Below, piece after piece: positions 34,801 to 47,110 of a stretch of DNA of 64,000 nucleotides (its first letter is position 1; every line of letters begins with the position of its first letter). Position numbers and translations under genes: made by a program. The stretch covers positions 372,743,166 to 372,807,165 of the forward strand of contig NC_058133.1 of assembly GCF_016433145.1 (NCBI RefSeq). Direction: 5' to 3'. The notes under the pieces are model-generated. The model ran no database searches. It was not told the origin of the DNA and saw only the letters and a program-made list of their open reading frames with translations. The DNA comes from Gracilinanus agilis (Eukaryota).

Positions 34801-35129
34801 TTGCCTTAATTTTGGATTAACTTTTATGTATAAATGTTGTCTGCCCAACTAGAAAATGCCCCTGGACAGGGTTGTGATAGACAAAATCCATGAGTTATGG
34901 CAACAAATAGGAAGACACCCAGAATCATGACTTCATTAATAAGATGATATAGGTATGGGAGTGTTTCATTTTTGTTTTTGTATCCCAGTATAGTCATATA
35001 CCAGGAATTGGGACTTGTTAAAAAACAAAAATGAAATAATCCCATGTACCTTAAGCTCATATTCTATGGAGGTAACAGCATTTAGACATATAAATATATA
35101 TAAAATATTGGCAATTTTCAAACTTACAA

Positions 35130-35320
35130 AATAGTCATGAAGACCTGAGTTAAGTTCTGCTTTGAATACATAATTGCTGTGAGATCCTAGGCAAGTGACT
35201 TAACCTGTCAGTTCTCTTATCAGCCACCTAAAGCTATATTTAAAGAGAAGGCATTGACCTTCATTGGTAAAGGGGATTTCCTCATCCAGGAGTTCCCTAT
35301 ACCAAAGAGATATAAGATCT
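35130..35320 (+). mobile_element. MdoRep1-like SINE
   Basis: 'gaagacctgagtt...ggcaagtgacttaacct...agagaaggcattgacct.cattggtaaaggg.atttcctcatccaggagttccctatacc'. Confidence 0.7.
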
Positions 35321-35563
35321 ATCCTTTCCTTCTGCCCTCCCTAACTCTAATACATAGAATAGTATCTGGAATATAATAGCTGCTTTAAAAATGTCGGTTA
35401 ATTTACTGAAAATGCTCTGGTAACTTAAAGTGCTATATAAATACGAACTATTATCATCATTGCATTGGTTTAAAAAATGAGGCTGTCTAGTAATCAGAGA
35501 CAATACTAATATTTTCTTTAATCATAATGGCCCATAAGTGGTAGATGTCAATAAACACTAACC

Positions 35564-35754
35564 CATGGGTTTTTAACTTGGCATCTGTGAAATTTTTTTA
35601 AATTTGATAACTATAGTTTAATATGACTGGTTTTCTTGTAATCCAGTGTATTTTGTCACACATTAAAAATGTTGTTCTGACAATCTGGATCCATAGCACG
35701 ATAGTCACAGGCACCCAAAAAGGTTTATGGCACAAAAAAGTTTAAGAACTCCAA
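35564..35754 (+). mobile_element. hAT-Charlie MITE, same family as 26690-26896
   Basis: Shares 'gataac..ta.tt.aatat.a.tgg.tt.ct.tgtaatcc..t.tatttt' and the terminal 'aaaaaagtttaagaac' with the 26690 copy. Confidence 0.7.
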
Positions 35755-36779
35755 TATTAACTAAACAATTAACTTTTTCTGTAGCTTCTCCATAACTTCA
35801 TTCTAAATTCTAGACACCTATCTGAAATAATTTGAATGGAAAGCTCATGCAAGAGAACTTTCTTTTAAAAAGATATACTGGGATGTGTGGAGGAAGAGCT
35901 TGGGGCCATGTGACCAGATGGTACATTCCTGAGAAATGATCTACAGATATTAGACCATTCATGCTCCTCTGAAAAGAGAGGAAATCTGTTATTAAACCCA
36001 ACATTCTACATAGGTGGTTAAGGAAACACTGCCAATGAGCCTAGTGGGATACCTTGAATTTTTTTGTCTATTAGTGTTAGTCTCTTAAACCTAGACATCT
36101 TATGCCCAGTTAGCTCATCAAATTAACTGGTTTCCTCTTGATATTCTACTAACAAAAAGACCTCTATTGTGATGTGAGGCAGCATATAGTAAACATTTGA
36201 TAATGCTTGTTGACTAGATATAGTGAATGGCAGACTGGATGTAGTCACAAATATTTGGGTTTCAATGCTGCCTCAAGAAGCATGTCAGTGTAACTACATG
36301 ATCCTGGGCAAGATATTTAACCTTATAAGACTTTACTTTCCTTATCTGAAAAGCGAGGATAATAATGGCACAAAAGGATTATTTTGAGGTTCAAATGAAA
36401 TAGTAGATGCAAAGTCTACCCAACTCCAGGCCCAGGGCTGTCTCCACTGTGGCACCTATCTGCCCATAAGTAGGAACACAGAATAGATGTGATGTAATCT
36501 TACAAGAGAAGGACATAGCTGCTGGGGATTGGGAAGAACCTTCTTCAAGGAGTGACATTTGAACTGAGCATTAAAAGAAACAAGGGATTCTAAGAAATGA
36601 AGGTGAACAATACAAAGGCACAGAGATGAGAAATGGAGGAGCAGCAAGTATACCAGTTTACCTAAACCAGAGAGCGCATGGAGAGGAGTAATGAATAATA
36701 AAGATGGAATGATAGGAAGGGGCCAGGTCGCGAGAGGTTTTTAATGGCAAATAGGCATTTATATATGATCCTAGAGGTA

Positions 36780-37000
36780 GGGAGGCAACGTGATGTAGTG
36801 GCTGTGCAGATGACCTCAGTGGTAGGAAGACTTAGGTTCAAGTCTGACCTCTGGAGACAAGTCATACTTACTAGTTCTACGACTGATGAAATCACTAAAC
36901 CACTCAGTGCCACAGTCAACTCTGGAAAACAAGAAGTTGCAAAAGAGGTGTTCGTGGACATTGATGGGGTTGGAGGGGGTGCTTCTTAACCAAGTAGTTT
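36780..37000 (+). mobile_element. MdoRep1/Mar-like SINE nested in L2
   Basis: tRNA-like head 'ggaggcaacgtgatgtagtgg...ggaagacttaggttcaagtctgacctct' and tail 'aagttgcaaaagaggtg'. Confidence 0.55.
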
Positions 37001-37204
37001 CTAATACCAAGAAAACTTCATGTCTGGTTCCTGGTACTATTTCTAGACATAACAGTAAGCCACTAGTTATTGATTGGGGGAAATGATTGGATCTACACTT
37101 TAGGGAAATTATTTTGCCAGTTGCACAGATGATGAATTACAGTAGAGAGAAGATTGAGGCTGGGAGACCAATAAGGATATTATTTCAAGAGTCTAGCTCA
37201 GAGT

Positions 37205-37264
37205 CCAAAGAAACACAGGCAGAGGGCCAGATTTGACCCATGGGCAGCAGTTTTCTGACCCACT
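37205..37264 (-). mobile_element. MER58-like hAT terminal fragment nested in L2
   Basis: 'aaacacaggcagagggccagatttgacccatgggcagcagttttctgacccac' resembles the reverse of the MER58A 5' end as recalled (CAGGGGTCGGCAAACTACGGCCCGCGGGCCAAATCCGGCCC). Confidence 0.65.
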
Positions 37265-38199
37265 TGGCAATAGGTAATGAGGACTTGTGTTAAGGTGGTA
37301 GCTGTATGAAGAGAGAGATGGGAACAAAAGTGAGAGAGGTTTTGGAAATGGAAACAAGATGTGACAAGTGATTGGGCATGGGGAGTTGGTGAGAGTAAAG
37401 AGATAAGAATGAGGCTGAGTTTATTAACCTGGGTAGCTGGGAAGATAGTGGTAGTCTTGACAGTAATAGGGAAGTTTGAAAGAGGACTGAGTTTTGGGGA
37501 AAAGATAATGAGTTCAGTTTTCAATGTGTTGACTTCCAGATACTTAATGGGACAGTTAGTTCAGAATGTCCAGTAATATAATTGATTTAGGGATAGAAGG
37601 ACCCTTAGAGATTCAACTCCTTCATTTTACAATGGAGAAAACTGAATTCCAGAGAGGCGATTTGCCTAAGATTCCAAAAATAGTTAAGTGAGACGTTAAT
37701 CTAGGTTCTCTTTCCAATGTACCATGCATTCAAATTAAATATGAGACTAAAGATGAGAGGAGAGACTATTTTGTGCAGTCTTCTGCACAGAGATGACAAT
37801 TAAACTCATGCAAGCTGGTAATATAAACTAATAAGTATAGAGAAGGACAGCATATCGGGGTATACCACCCAGAATTAACTTTCCCAAGAGAATAGATTAA
37901 GAAGTGATTGGATTGGTCTGATCTCATTGCATCTTGATGGGCGAGGCTTTGAAAGCAAGTTCATGTGAGGGTTAAGCTATAGCCATTTGAATTTCATGGA
38001 ATCTGAATGAGCAAATGCTATTATGTTCTCCTAGCACTAACTCTTGCATCTAGTAGTACATCTGCTTCTAAACTTTATGTATAATAAATGCTTAATTCTG
38101 ATTAGAAAGAAAAATGATGGGACTTAGGTTACTAGATATGTCTGGCATTCTCATGTCATCCCTCAGGTTGATGGGAGCAGGTACAATTAGTGATTCAAT

Positions 38200-39180
38200 G
38201 AGAAAGCCTTTTTAAGTGTTTATGATGTACCAAACACCATGCTAAGAACTGAGGATATAAATTTAAAAGAGGAACAGTCTCTGCCCTCAAGAAACTTATA
38301 TTGTTATAAAGGAAAATAGCATATATATGGGGAGTGAAATTTAGGGAAATGTGATATTACATGGAAACATAGAACAATCAAATGATATTCCTTTTCCACA
38401 AGTGATAGTAGTATTGATGTAACTATTTTCCTTAATCAAGAAGTAGAAAACTGAGGGAGTAGGTAGAAATACCTGCATAGTGAGATGGCAGGAAATGAGA
38501 GAGCGGGATGCCAGGAGTTTGGTGGATGTCATAAGTTTTCATTAACCAATTTGGCCCTAGGATAGGAGCTAGAGTTCCAATTGGGAAGAAACACAGTAAG
38601 AGCAGCATGTTAACATGGTAGGAAGTTCTATAGTGAAGCAGTTGTAGCATTCCTTCCTCATAACAGATGTCTGACCATCTAATGTCAGATACAGATCACA
38701 GCTTAAACACAAAGGACGCCCAGGAGACCTTAGTCATCAGAGAGAAACCCTGGAAGATATTTAGAGATTCTGACTCTCTCAATGGAGGCTGATAATGACT
38801 CCAAATCCTTAGAAAAAACCATGTACTTGAGAGAATTACTAGGACCTAGGAGAGGACAGAAGCATATGCTCCAGGAAGTGAAGCAAGAAAGAGAAGTATC
38901 ATGAAAGGACAGGGATGAAAGAATATCAAGAAGGCGCATGTGCATGTGTGTTGTACATACACGTAGAGGGAGGGTTGGAAGTTTACAGAGATGGTAAGCA
39001 ATGCCATAGGTTTTAGAAAGGTCAAGAAGGATGAGGACTGAGAAAAAACTTCTTTTATTAGAGTTGACAATATTCTATTAGCAGAGTTGACAATAAAGAG
39101 GTCATTGAGACTTTGGAGAGAACAATACTTGGGTGATGAGGATAAAAGTCTTATTTCCAAGGACCAAGAAGTGAATAATA
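38200..39180 (-). mobile_element. L2 fragments
   Basis: L2 tail at 38200-38310 ('ccatgctaag..ctgaggatata...ctctgccctcaagaaactta') and an upstream part ('ggtcaagaaggatgaggactgagaaaaa...aagaggtcattg'). Confidence 0.65.
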
Positions 39181-39410
39181 TTAGCTAGCATTTACATATA
39201 ATTTTAAGGTTTACAAAATCCTTTATAAATATCTCATGTTATCCTTACAAGAACCCTAGGTACTTACCAACATTATCTCTATATTACAGAAGAAGAAACT
39301 GAGGCAGAAATTAAGTGACTTGATCAGGATCATGCAGCTAAGAAGTATCTGAGACAGGATTTTAATTCATGACTACATGACTCCAGATATGATGCTCTGT
39401 CCATTTTTCT
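39175..39410 (-). mobile_element. MIR SINE
   Basis: 'ttagctagcatttacata..tttaaggtttacaaaa...gaagaaactgaggcaga..ttaagtgacttg'. Confidence 0.85.
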
Positions 39411-40339
39411 ATTGGAGAAGTGAGAAAGATGTAGGAGTTTGACTACACAAGGGAAGAGAGACATAGAATGGATTGAATGAAATCTCATTAAGGATTGAGA
39501 GTGAGAAGAGAAGACTATTAATATTGTAGATGATAGGAAAGAAGTCAATAGACAGGGAGAAGCTAAACATTAGAAAAAAAGGAATGATTGTGGGGATAGG
39601 CTGACTGAGAAGATTGGACTCTAAATGAAAGGACCAAGAAATGTCTGTACAGGAATCTAGATTCTGAGGCTTTTGAAGGTATGAAAAAAGAATGTGTTCT
39701 TAAGACAATTCTAAGCTTACATTTTTTTAGGTATGTGCATTATGTCACTCATGTGCTTGTTATCTATGAAGGCTTCGTCTTTATTAATGATTGATAAGGA
39801 TGTGAAGTACATTTTGTAATTCTTAGAAAAACACAAATGATGGGGATCTAAGATGAAAGATTAAATGCATAGCAACTACATTAAGTAGCAGGCAAAAACA
39901 ATGTCAACTCACGGATATTTTGTAGCTCAGTTAGGGATAAAGTAAGGTTTTAGGAATTCACTTTTTGAATCAGAGTGATGTAGGATTAGCTCAGAAAGCA
40001 AAAATAAAGCAAGCATTAGAGTTAGCAGACATGATTTAGAAACTGTCTTATTTGAACTGAGTACTGTTGATTAAAGTATCTCTAAGAAGAGAATTACAAG
40101 CATTCCTCTGTGATGCATATGGATTACACAGCTACTAGTAGTTTGTTCTAGTTTTAATCATGATAGCCTTTTTGCTTTTTGGGGTAAAAGTGCATTGGCA
40201 AAGTGGTAAAGTTTTATAATTTACTGAAAAAGATTTGCATTAGGGTTATTGAAATTTCATTTTTTTTTTGTGGAGTCAATAATCTTCCAAAGGTCAGATT
40301 TAGGCATTTCTTCTTAAGTTCTGCAACAACTTGCAACAT

Positions 40340-41300
40340 TTCAGAATCTCAGAGATGGAAGGGCTTTCTGAGACCATCTGATAAAATCCAGGCTTGAATA
40401 AGAATCCCTTCCCTCATATATCTGGCAAGTGATCATCCATCTTTTTCTTGAAGACTTCTAGTAAAGAGAAACTTATTAATGCCTAAGGCATTCCAATCCA
40501 CTTTGGGAGAGCTCAAATTGTTAAAAAGTTTTTTCCTTGCATCATGACTAAATTTATTTCTTTGAAAAATCTATCTGTTTATACTAGTTCTATCCTCTGG
40601 GGACAAGCAGAACAAGTCTTATCCCTTTTTCACATGACAGTCTTTCAAATACTTGAAGATAGCAATCATGTTTCCCCTAAGTTCTCCAAGTGAAGCATCC
40701 ACAGCTCTTTTGACTGATCCAAATATGGTATGGTCTCAGGGAGCTTCTCCATACTAATTTCTGCTCCCTGGACATCAACTACCTTGTTAATATCCTTCCT
40801 AAAATGTGGCATCTAGAATTGAACAATATAATAAATATTTTCTGACAAGGGAAGAGGATATTATATTTATCACTTCCCTAGATCTGGATTCTAAACTTTT
40901 CAATGCAACCTAAGATAACAGTAAATTTGTTAGTTGTATATCACTCTGTTGATTCATATTGAGCTTGCACTCCACTAAAGCCCTCAAATCTTTTTTTTAA
41001 GATGACATCCTTCCTAGCTAAGCCATCCCTATTTTATACTGGTAAACCTGATTTTTAACATGAGTCTAAGATTTTATTTTTCCCTATTAAATATCAACTT
41101 TTTCAAATTTTAACCCTGCTTTTGTATAGCATATCTTTATAAGAGATATTGATAAAAATGTCAAATAGCCCAGAACCAAACACAGACCTTTGGTGCACTC
41201 TATTAGAAATGTGCCTTCTGTCTTGACATTAACTCATTATTGACTTCTTATCTGACATTATTAAGTCCTATGCAACCAGTTCCAAATTCACTTAATTGTA
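40340..41300 (-). mobile_element. L3/CR1 3' fragment (~1 kb)
   Basis: 'gaatctcagagatggaaggg...caagtgatcatcca..tttcttgaagacttctagt...aacaagtctt..ccc..ttcacatgacagtctttcaaatacttgaagatagc...tcatattgagcttgc.tccactaaa'. Confidence 0.8.
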
Positions 41301-41698
41301 GCTAACTGATCTTTCTCTCCCTTTTCTATACATCTTGGTCTTGCCATAACTCCCTTTTACCTCTAAGATAAAATGTCACATAGGTTTCCTTACTTTTAAA
41401 AGGGAGATAATATTTTTATTACCTGTGTCATAGGGTTGCTATAAAGAAGAACTTAATAAACTTTAAGAAACTATACAAACACAGAATACAATATGTAGAA
41501 ATACTTAGGGAATTATAAAGATCTGAGCTATAAAATTCTAGAGTTCAGATAATGCTATAATGAAATCATGCCTTTACCTCTTTTTCTTCTCCCCTATCCC
41601 TATACTATGATTCTTATGACTATCAGTATAACATGTAAGCAGGGTTGATAGCTGGAATAGAGGCTATTCCATATGACTCGACCAAAATTTCTTCCCCA

Positions 41699-42494
41699 AG
41701 TTATGAAAGGTGGGGTTAAGTACTATTAGTTGATAATTCAGAGAAGCACTGTTGTTTAGCTAAGATACGGGGAGCAGAGGTTTGCTCTCCACAACAGCCT
41801 GGCAAAGCTTCACTGAAGAGTATTGGAATTCTGAATCAGACTTAGTGCCTTAGTAACAGCTCCAAGATGTCCGTTGGCTTAGAGGTAACTAGGAAGTAGG
41901 TCTTGACTTCTTAGGACCTTAACAATATTTATTGGTTTAGCACAAGCTTGATCTAGATGTAATTGGATTAGCTAGGCTAGTTTCCTCAATCTGACTATGG
42001 TTATCTATATATGATGTTGTCTTCAACAAGCTAAGTTATCAACTCTTAAATAACACGATTGGAGGCTTGATTATTAATTAGGTTTATTTGGGTGAATTGA
42101 CAAAAAGGTAAACTGGTAAATGGGAGAGAGGGAAGTAGGCAAACCCTATTTAATCTTGCCGAATAATAAGTATAATAACTTATGCTAATGTCTAAATATA
42201 AAGTTCGCCTAGGTGCTGAGTCCAGGGGACTTTGAGAGTCTCCCTTGGCTCAGAGGCTGTTGTTGACTTTTGTTGGTTTAAGAGATGATATTATTTAATT
42301 ATTAAGGCTCAGAGGCCTTATCAATACTAAGATGATTGTTATAGCTAGCAATGTATTTTAATGTAGTTTAATCCCTGCCTGCCTGCCTAATATCAATCTC
42401 CCTCCTCCCCAGACCTGGATAATAGATAACCTCCTGCCTCCCAACCCAAAGAGAAGAAGTTGGATTGAGGGGTTGGTGCACCCCAATTTATACA
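41699..42494. mobile_element. Probable ERV LTR
   Basis: Ends '...ccccaatttataca' and has a composition resembling opossum LTRs. The left end is degenerate and no TSD was found. Confidence 0.5.
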
Positions 42495-42599
42495 CCTTTC
42501 CCAACTGCCAGATTGACACATACCCAGGGCTGCCTTGCCAGGTTCTGTGTTCTAAAGGGGCAAACTGCTTTGTGCACCTACAGAAAATGGCTGACCATT

Positions 42600-42850
42600 T
42601 CTATACATTACACCCATCATCATAGCTTCCATAATAGCTCTTTTATATTTAAAAAACCCTTTACATATATTAGCTTGACATATAGCACCTTATAGTTGTT
42701 ATTATTATCTCTATTTTATAGAAAAGGGAATGGTGTCTGAGAGACATTAATATCTTGATAAGGATTACATAGCTAGTAAATGTCTGAGATGGGATTTGAA
42801 CTCAGGTCTTCCTGAATCTAAAACCAATGCCCTATTCATGTAACCATGTT
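42600..42850 (-). mobile_element. MIR SINE
   Basis: 'tattattatctctattttatag...gtaaatgtctgagatgggatttgaactcaggtcttcctga'. Confidence 0.75.
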
Positions 42851-43138
42851 GTTGTCCCTCCATCTCTTAACATCAGAATCCATATAGACCAGGGAAAAAT
42901 GCCTTCCTTTTCACAATGATTTTTCCCTCCTCTAAATTGGTATTACTTATGGTCTAATTCAATCATTCAGTTATGCCTTACCTTGTTGAATGAGCTCAAG
43001 GAGTCAGAACTTCATTGTTTTCATCCTTTCCCCATATTCCAGTGTATTAGTGGGGTTAATGAGGAGAGGGATATAGTTAGGGAACAAGATGGAATCAGTG
43101 TAACAATCCTTTCTTCAGTCTCTGTTAGCCTCTAATAC

Positions 43139-44300
43139 TGTGAGACTTGAGAGGGGTCCCCTTGGAAATAGGGGGACCCCAGGGAAGGTGTGCCACCTCT
43201 CAAAGGTTGGAGGGAAGACTTCCACAGCAGGTGGGAAATGTGGAGATCTGATTCAATATTGTTCAGAACTGGGGTTCACACAAACCTCCCCCCCTCTTCA
43301 CCACAAGTGGTCAAGTTTAAAGATGGAACTCTGCCTGATTTAGCTGCAGCACTTCTTCCCTTAACTGCCTCTCCAGTAAACTTAAACTTGATCTGACTTT
43401 TTCTAGTGTTTATTGAAGATAACAAGGTAAAGGATAAGGGTGCAGGAATATGGTGGTGGGTAGTGGGTGCAGGAGACCCTAAAAACTAACCCCTTCCTGG
43501 TCCTTTACCTTGTGGAGACCAATTCTGTCTCAACACAAAGCTTCACCTGCTCTTCCTGCTAATTCTATGCCTTTATATCTATTCAGTTTGTTATATTAGA
43601 CGAGGGACACTGTATGGCAAGGTTCGAGGAATGAGGGGTTCAGGAAACTGCTCCCAAAGGAATCCAGAATCCCCAAATGCTGATTGGCACATCTTGTACT
43701 CAGGAGATATCAAGATGTCAGTGAAACAATAGTAGCAGATCTTCTCAATAGGTCAGGAACCTCAAGGATGTCTTCAGGTTGCTCAGAGCTCGTTTCCTCC
43801 ATCTCCCCTCCATGATCTTTTACCCCCAAAGACCCCTTCTCCTGGAAAATCTTTCCTACAAGTCCCTGCTTTTCCAACTGTCATTTGGTCTCTTCTTCCA
43901 AGATTTCATCCTCCCTCCAAGAATTCCATCTCTTGTCTTCATCTTACACCAGGAACTACCTTGTTTCCAAACCTTTTAATGGTATCAGCAGCTATTGGCA
44001 AAGCCACCTTTCCACCCATGCTATTATCATTTTTTTTGCCTTTCTCCAAATGGGATTATATGAATCTCAGATTTGGATTGTATAGGCGAATATTAAAGTG
44101 GATTTGGAACTGGTTGAAAGCTCAGACCTGAAGATTAGTTAGTAATAAGTTGTGAACCTTAATCTAGGAGGTTTCTCTCAGAATGCTTTAAGGTTCTCTG
44201 AGGAAGATGAGAGACCAAGAGACTATTTCTTACAACTAGAAATCAGCAGATTTGGAACACGACTCTTGGTCCCCTGACTTCTAGGCCAGTGTTTTGTGAT
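43139..44300. mobile_element. Probable ERV LTR(s)
   Basis: TG-starting segments at 43139 and ~44079, a minus-strand AATAAA near 43410, and LTR-like composition. Boundaries are uncertain. Confidence 0.4.
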
Positions 44301-45454
44301 ACTACAAGGTTTCTGTGGAGTCAAGTGACTTTGTGACTTTAGCCAAGTCACTTGTTCTATTTGATTCTCATTTTCTTTAGAGATCTCTGAGGAACACCTT
44401 CTATCAATCAATGAACACTGATTAAGCACTTGCTCAGTGGTAGCAACTGCGATGTGTGATAAGAATAAAGACATGAAAGAAATAATTCTTGTTTTCAAGG
44501 AACTTGCATACACATATAGGGGAGACTTTTAATAGCTTTATTATCTACTTCTACTTATTATCATCCCTTTTGTGAAAAAAAATCATTATCTTAATTCTTT
44601 TTTTTTATTTTTAAAGCACAAGAATATTGTTAACTTGTTTACTATAGAAGGCAAAGTGAGTTTTTTCAGGTGGTGGAGTACACCAGGGATCAAAGATGAA
44701 TAATATTTTAAAACTTCCTGCCTAGGTGAGGGTGTGAATAGAATAAAACAAAGTAGTTTTGAAGAGGGCATGTATATACATGCATGGAGGAGGTAATTGA
44801 GCATAGCCAGTAATCTTTGAGCTCCCTTTATTTATAAACTAGAATTTCAGCTGTTTTATTAGAGACTAGATGTGAACACTGAAGTGCTTCCCCAGTACAG
44901 ACATCAAAAGCATCTAATTCTATTTCTCCCATATATTTAAGCACTTTTTTTCTTTGCTTTGTGTTTGATATTAGTCATGGAGAGCACCAGAATAGACTGC
45001 CTCACACCTTTAAGATTAAACACCTTCTCACCTGGTATTTCTGTTTTTGTTTCAGTTTCATTTTCTGCCACCTTATATTACATGTGCTTTACTCCACACT
45101 TTGTATTCCTTTGGTTCTTTGGGATCAAGCACAATGTTTTTCAAAGGTGTTTCTCTGCTATTAGACATATTCTACCTTTTCTTTGAGGTGAGCTTTTTGA
45201 CTGGCTGAATGCTTTGTTAGACCTTCAGATAATATTATAATAGTGTCTATTATAATGATGCCAGTCAAGAAGGGTGGGGTGACTGTTATTCCTGGGGCTG
45301 TTTGGTTTGCAAATTGGGTTGGATTTCCCAGAGCTTAAGGTACAAATGCCACCATGTCTGGGGTAAAAATTTAAATTCTGAGTTCTCCAGTGAAAGGGCT
45401 ATCTTTCCTTTTGTCAGTGGCACAATTTACAAATTAAAGCAGGGAAGAAAAACA

Positions 45455-45480
45455 GAGAGAGAGAGACAGAGAGAGAGAGA
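45455..45480. repeat. Imperfect (GA)n microsatellite
   Basis: 'agagagagagagacagagagagaga'. Confidence 0.9.
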
Positions 45481-46849
45481 TCTCATTCTTTTCTCTTTCT
45501 TGGGTTATTATCTATATCTTTATCTATATATTGTCTAGATTTTGTTCTAGGGAGCCCTGAAGAGTTTGTGGGTCTTTCTTTTTTATTTCTATCAGCATAA
45601 GACCCCACTGGCTGATTTTCCTTTTGCTAATAGCCAGTGATCAGAGCTCAGTTCCATTTAATCACTTGTCAAGTAGCTTTTACAAAGAGATACTTACTTT
45701 AAACAACATAATAGAATAAACGTACAAAATGTACACAGTAGGATGTCCCTTACCCTCTCATTCCCCCCCTCCATGTATTCCAGGGAACACACTGCTGTTA
45801 TGATGTAACCTTCTTACTGAAGAAGCTGGTCCCAACTGGTCCCAGTTGGTCCACCTACTCTGGGGACTCAGGCCACATGGGACAGAATCAGCAGGAGGAT
45901 TGAGAACATTCTCTCTTAATAAACTCAAACTAAAAAAAAAAAAAAAGATTTTTTTCCCCCTGAAGATGACAGAATTTTTGGGTACCTTCATCAAAGTTAA
46001 AGGCTTCTTTCAAATTACCTGATGCTCAGGGTAAGGGGCAATTGGCATATTCTTTGGCTGGTCTCTAGAGTTATGTTTAGATCTTTTTTCTGCCATCATC
46101 ATTTAATAACGAACTTTTCTCTCATTTTAAAACTCATTCCTTTCCATCCAGATCATTGGCTATGCTATCTAAGGATCTTCAGTTAACTTTCTCTCCCACA
46201 ATAAGTACAATTAATAGTTCATAGTAGTCTTCACTTCAATCTGTACATACTCAGAGCACAACAAATGCCTAATTCTTAAATATTGTCAACTCCTATCTCT
46301 AACTCACCTCAACCATTCATAGGGTAGTTACCACTCCCTCACACTACTCCTCTCCTCAGCCTTCAACTAAATTTGTCAAAAATGCTGAATTTCCTAGTTA
46401 TGTCTGAATCATATTTTCCATGATTCACTTTCCTTATATGTAAAATGAGCATTCCAAGCTGGATAGTTTCTAAGACTCGTTCCAACTTTGACTGTAATCC
46501 CAAGTCCAATATTTTACATGTGTACACTCATGTGTGCACCTTTTGTGAATAAACCAGTTTTCACATTTATCCTGCATATGAGGTTTTGTTTTGCTTTTAT
46601 TGTTCTTCTTGCCCATTTTTCTAGTTAGGAGCAAAGGGAGATAGAGAGTATTTTTGAAGCAGAATCTAAGAAGAGAAAAGATACCAGAGTGAGGGAATTT
46701 TTATATAATGGAGAGATCAAAAGTGGGTTATTCCCATAAAATTTATCTTGCCTTCTGTGTTAATGAAGTCAACCTTATGTTAATCACATTTTCTGATTGA
46801 TTTATGATTTTAAAGATGCCTTAATCTTAAAAAAGAAACATAAAATAAT

Positions 46850-47110
46850 AACAACATTATGAAGGCAATTGCTTTGAAAGACCCAAGAACTCTGATCAAT
46901 TCAATGATTAACACGAATGTATACCAGAAGACTGACGATGAAGCATGTTATCTGCAACTTGACAGAAAGGGGATAACCTTATATTCAGGAATTTGTTTTA
47001 TTTAACTATGCATGTTTGTTTTAAGAATGTTGTTTTTCTTTTTTCTTTTGCCCTTTCAGAAGGAGAAGATTATAGAAAGAAAACAGATTCTTAAGTAAAA
47101 TTAATGTTTT
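46850..47110 (+). mobile_element. L1 3' UTR fragment
   Basis: 'caattgctttgaaagac..aagaactctgatcaattcaatgatt...gaagactgacgatgaagcatg'. Confidence 0.7.

Larger units (their letters stand above)
36440..37570 (-). mobile_element. L2 element with nested insertions
   Basis: Minus ORF 37198-37524 'KTELIIFSPKLSPLSNFPITVKTTTIFPATQ..L.LILISLLSPTPH.QS..TSC.FH..N.S....LS.HTATTL.Q.LIT' is the L2 ORF2 C-terminal region. Confidence 0.85.
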
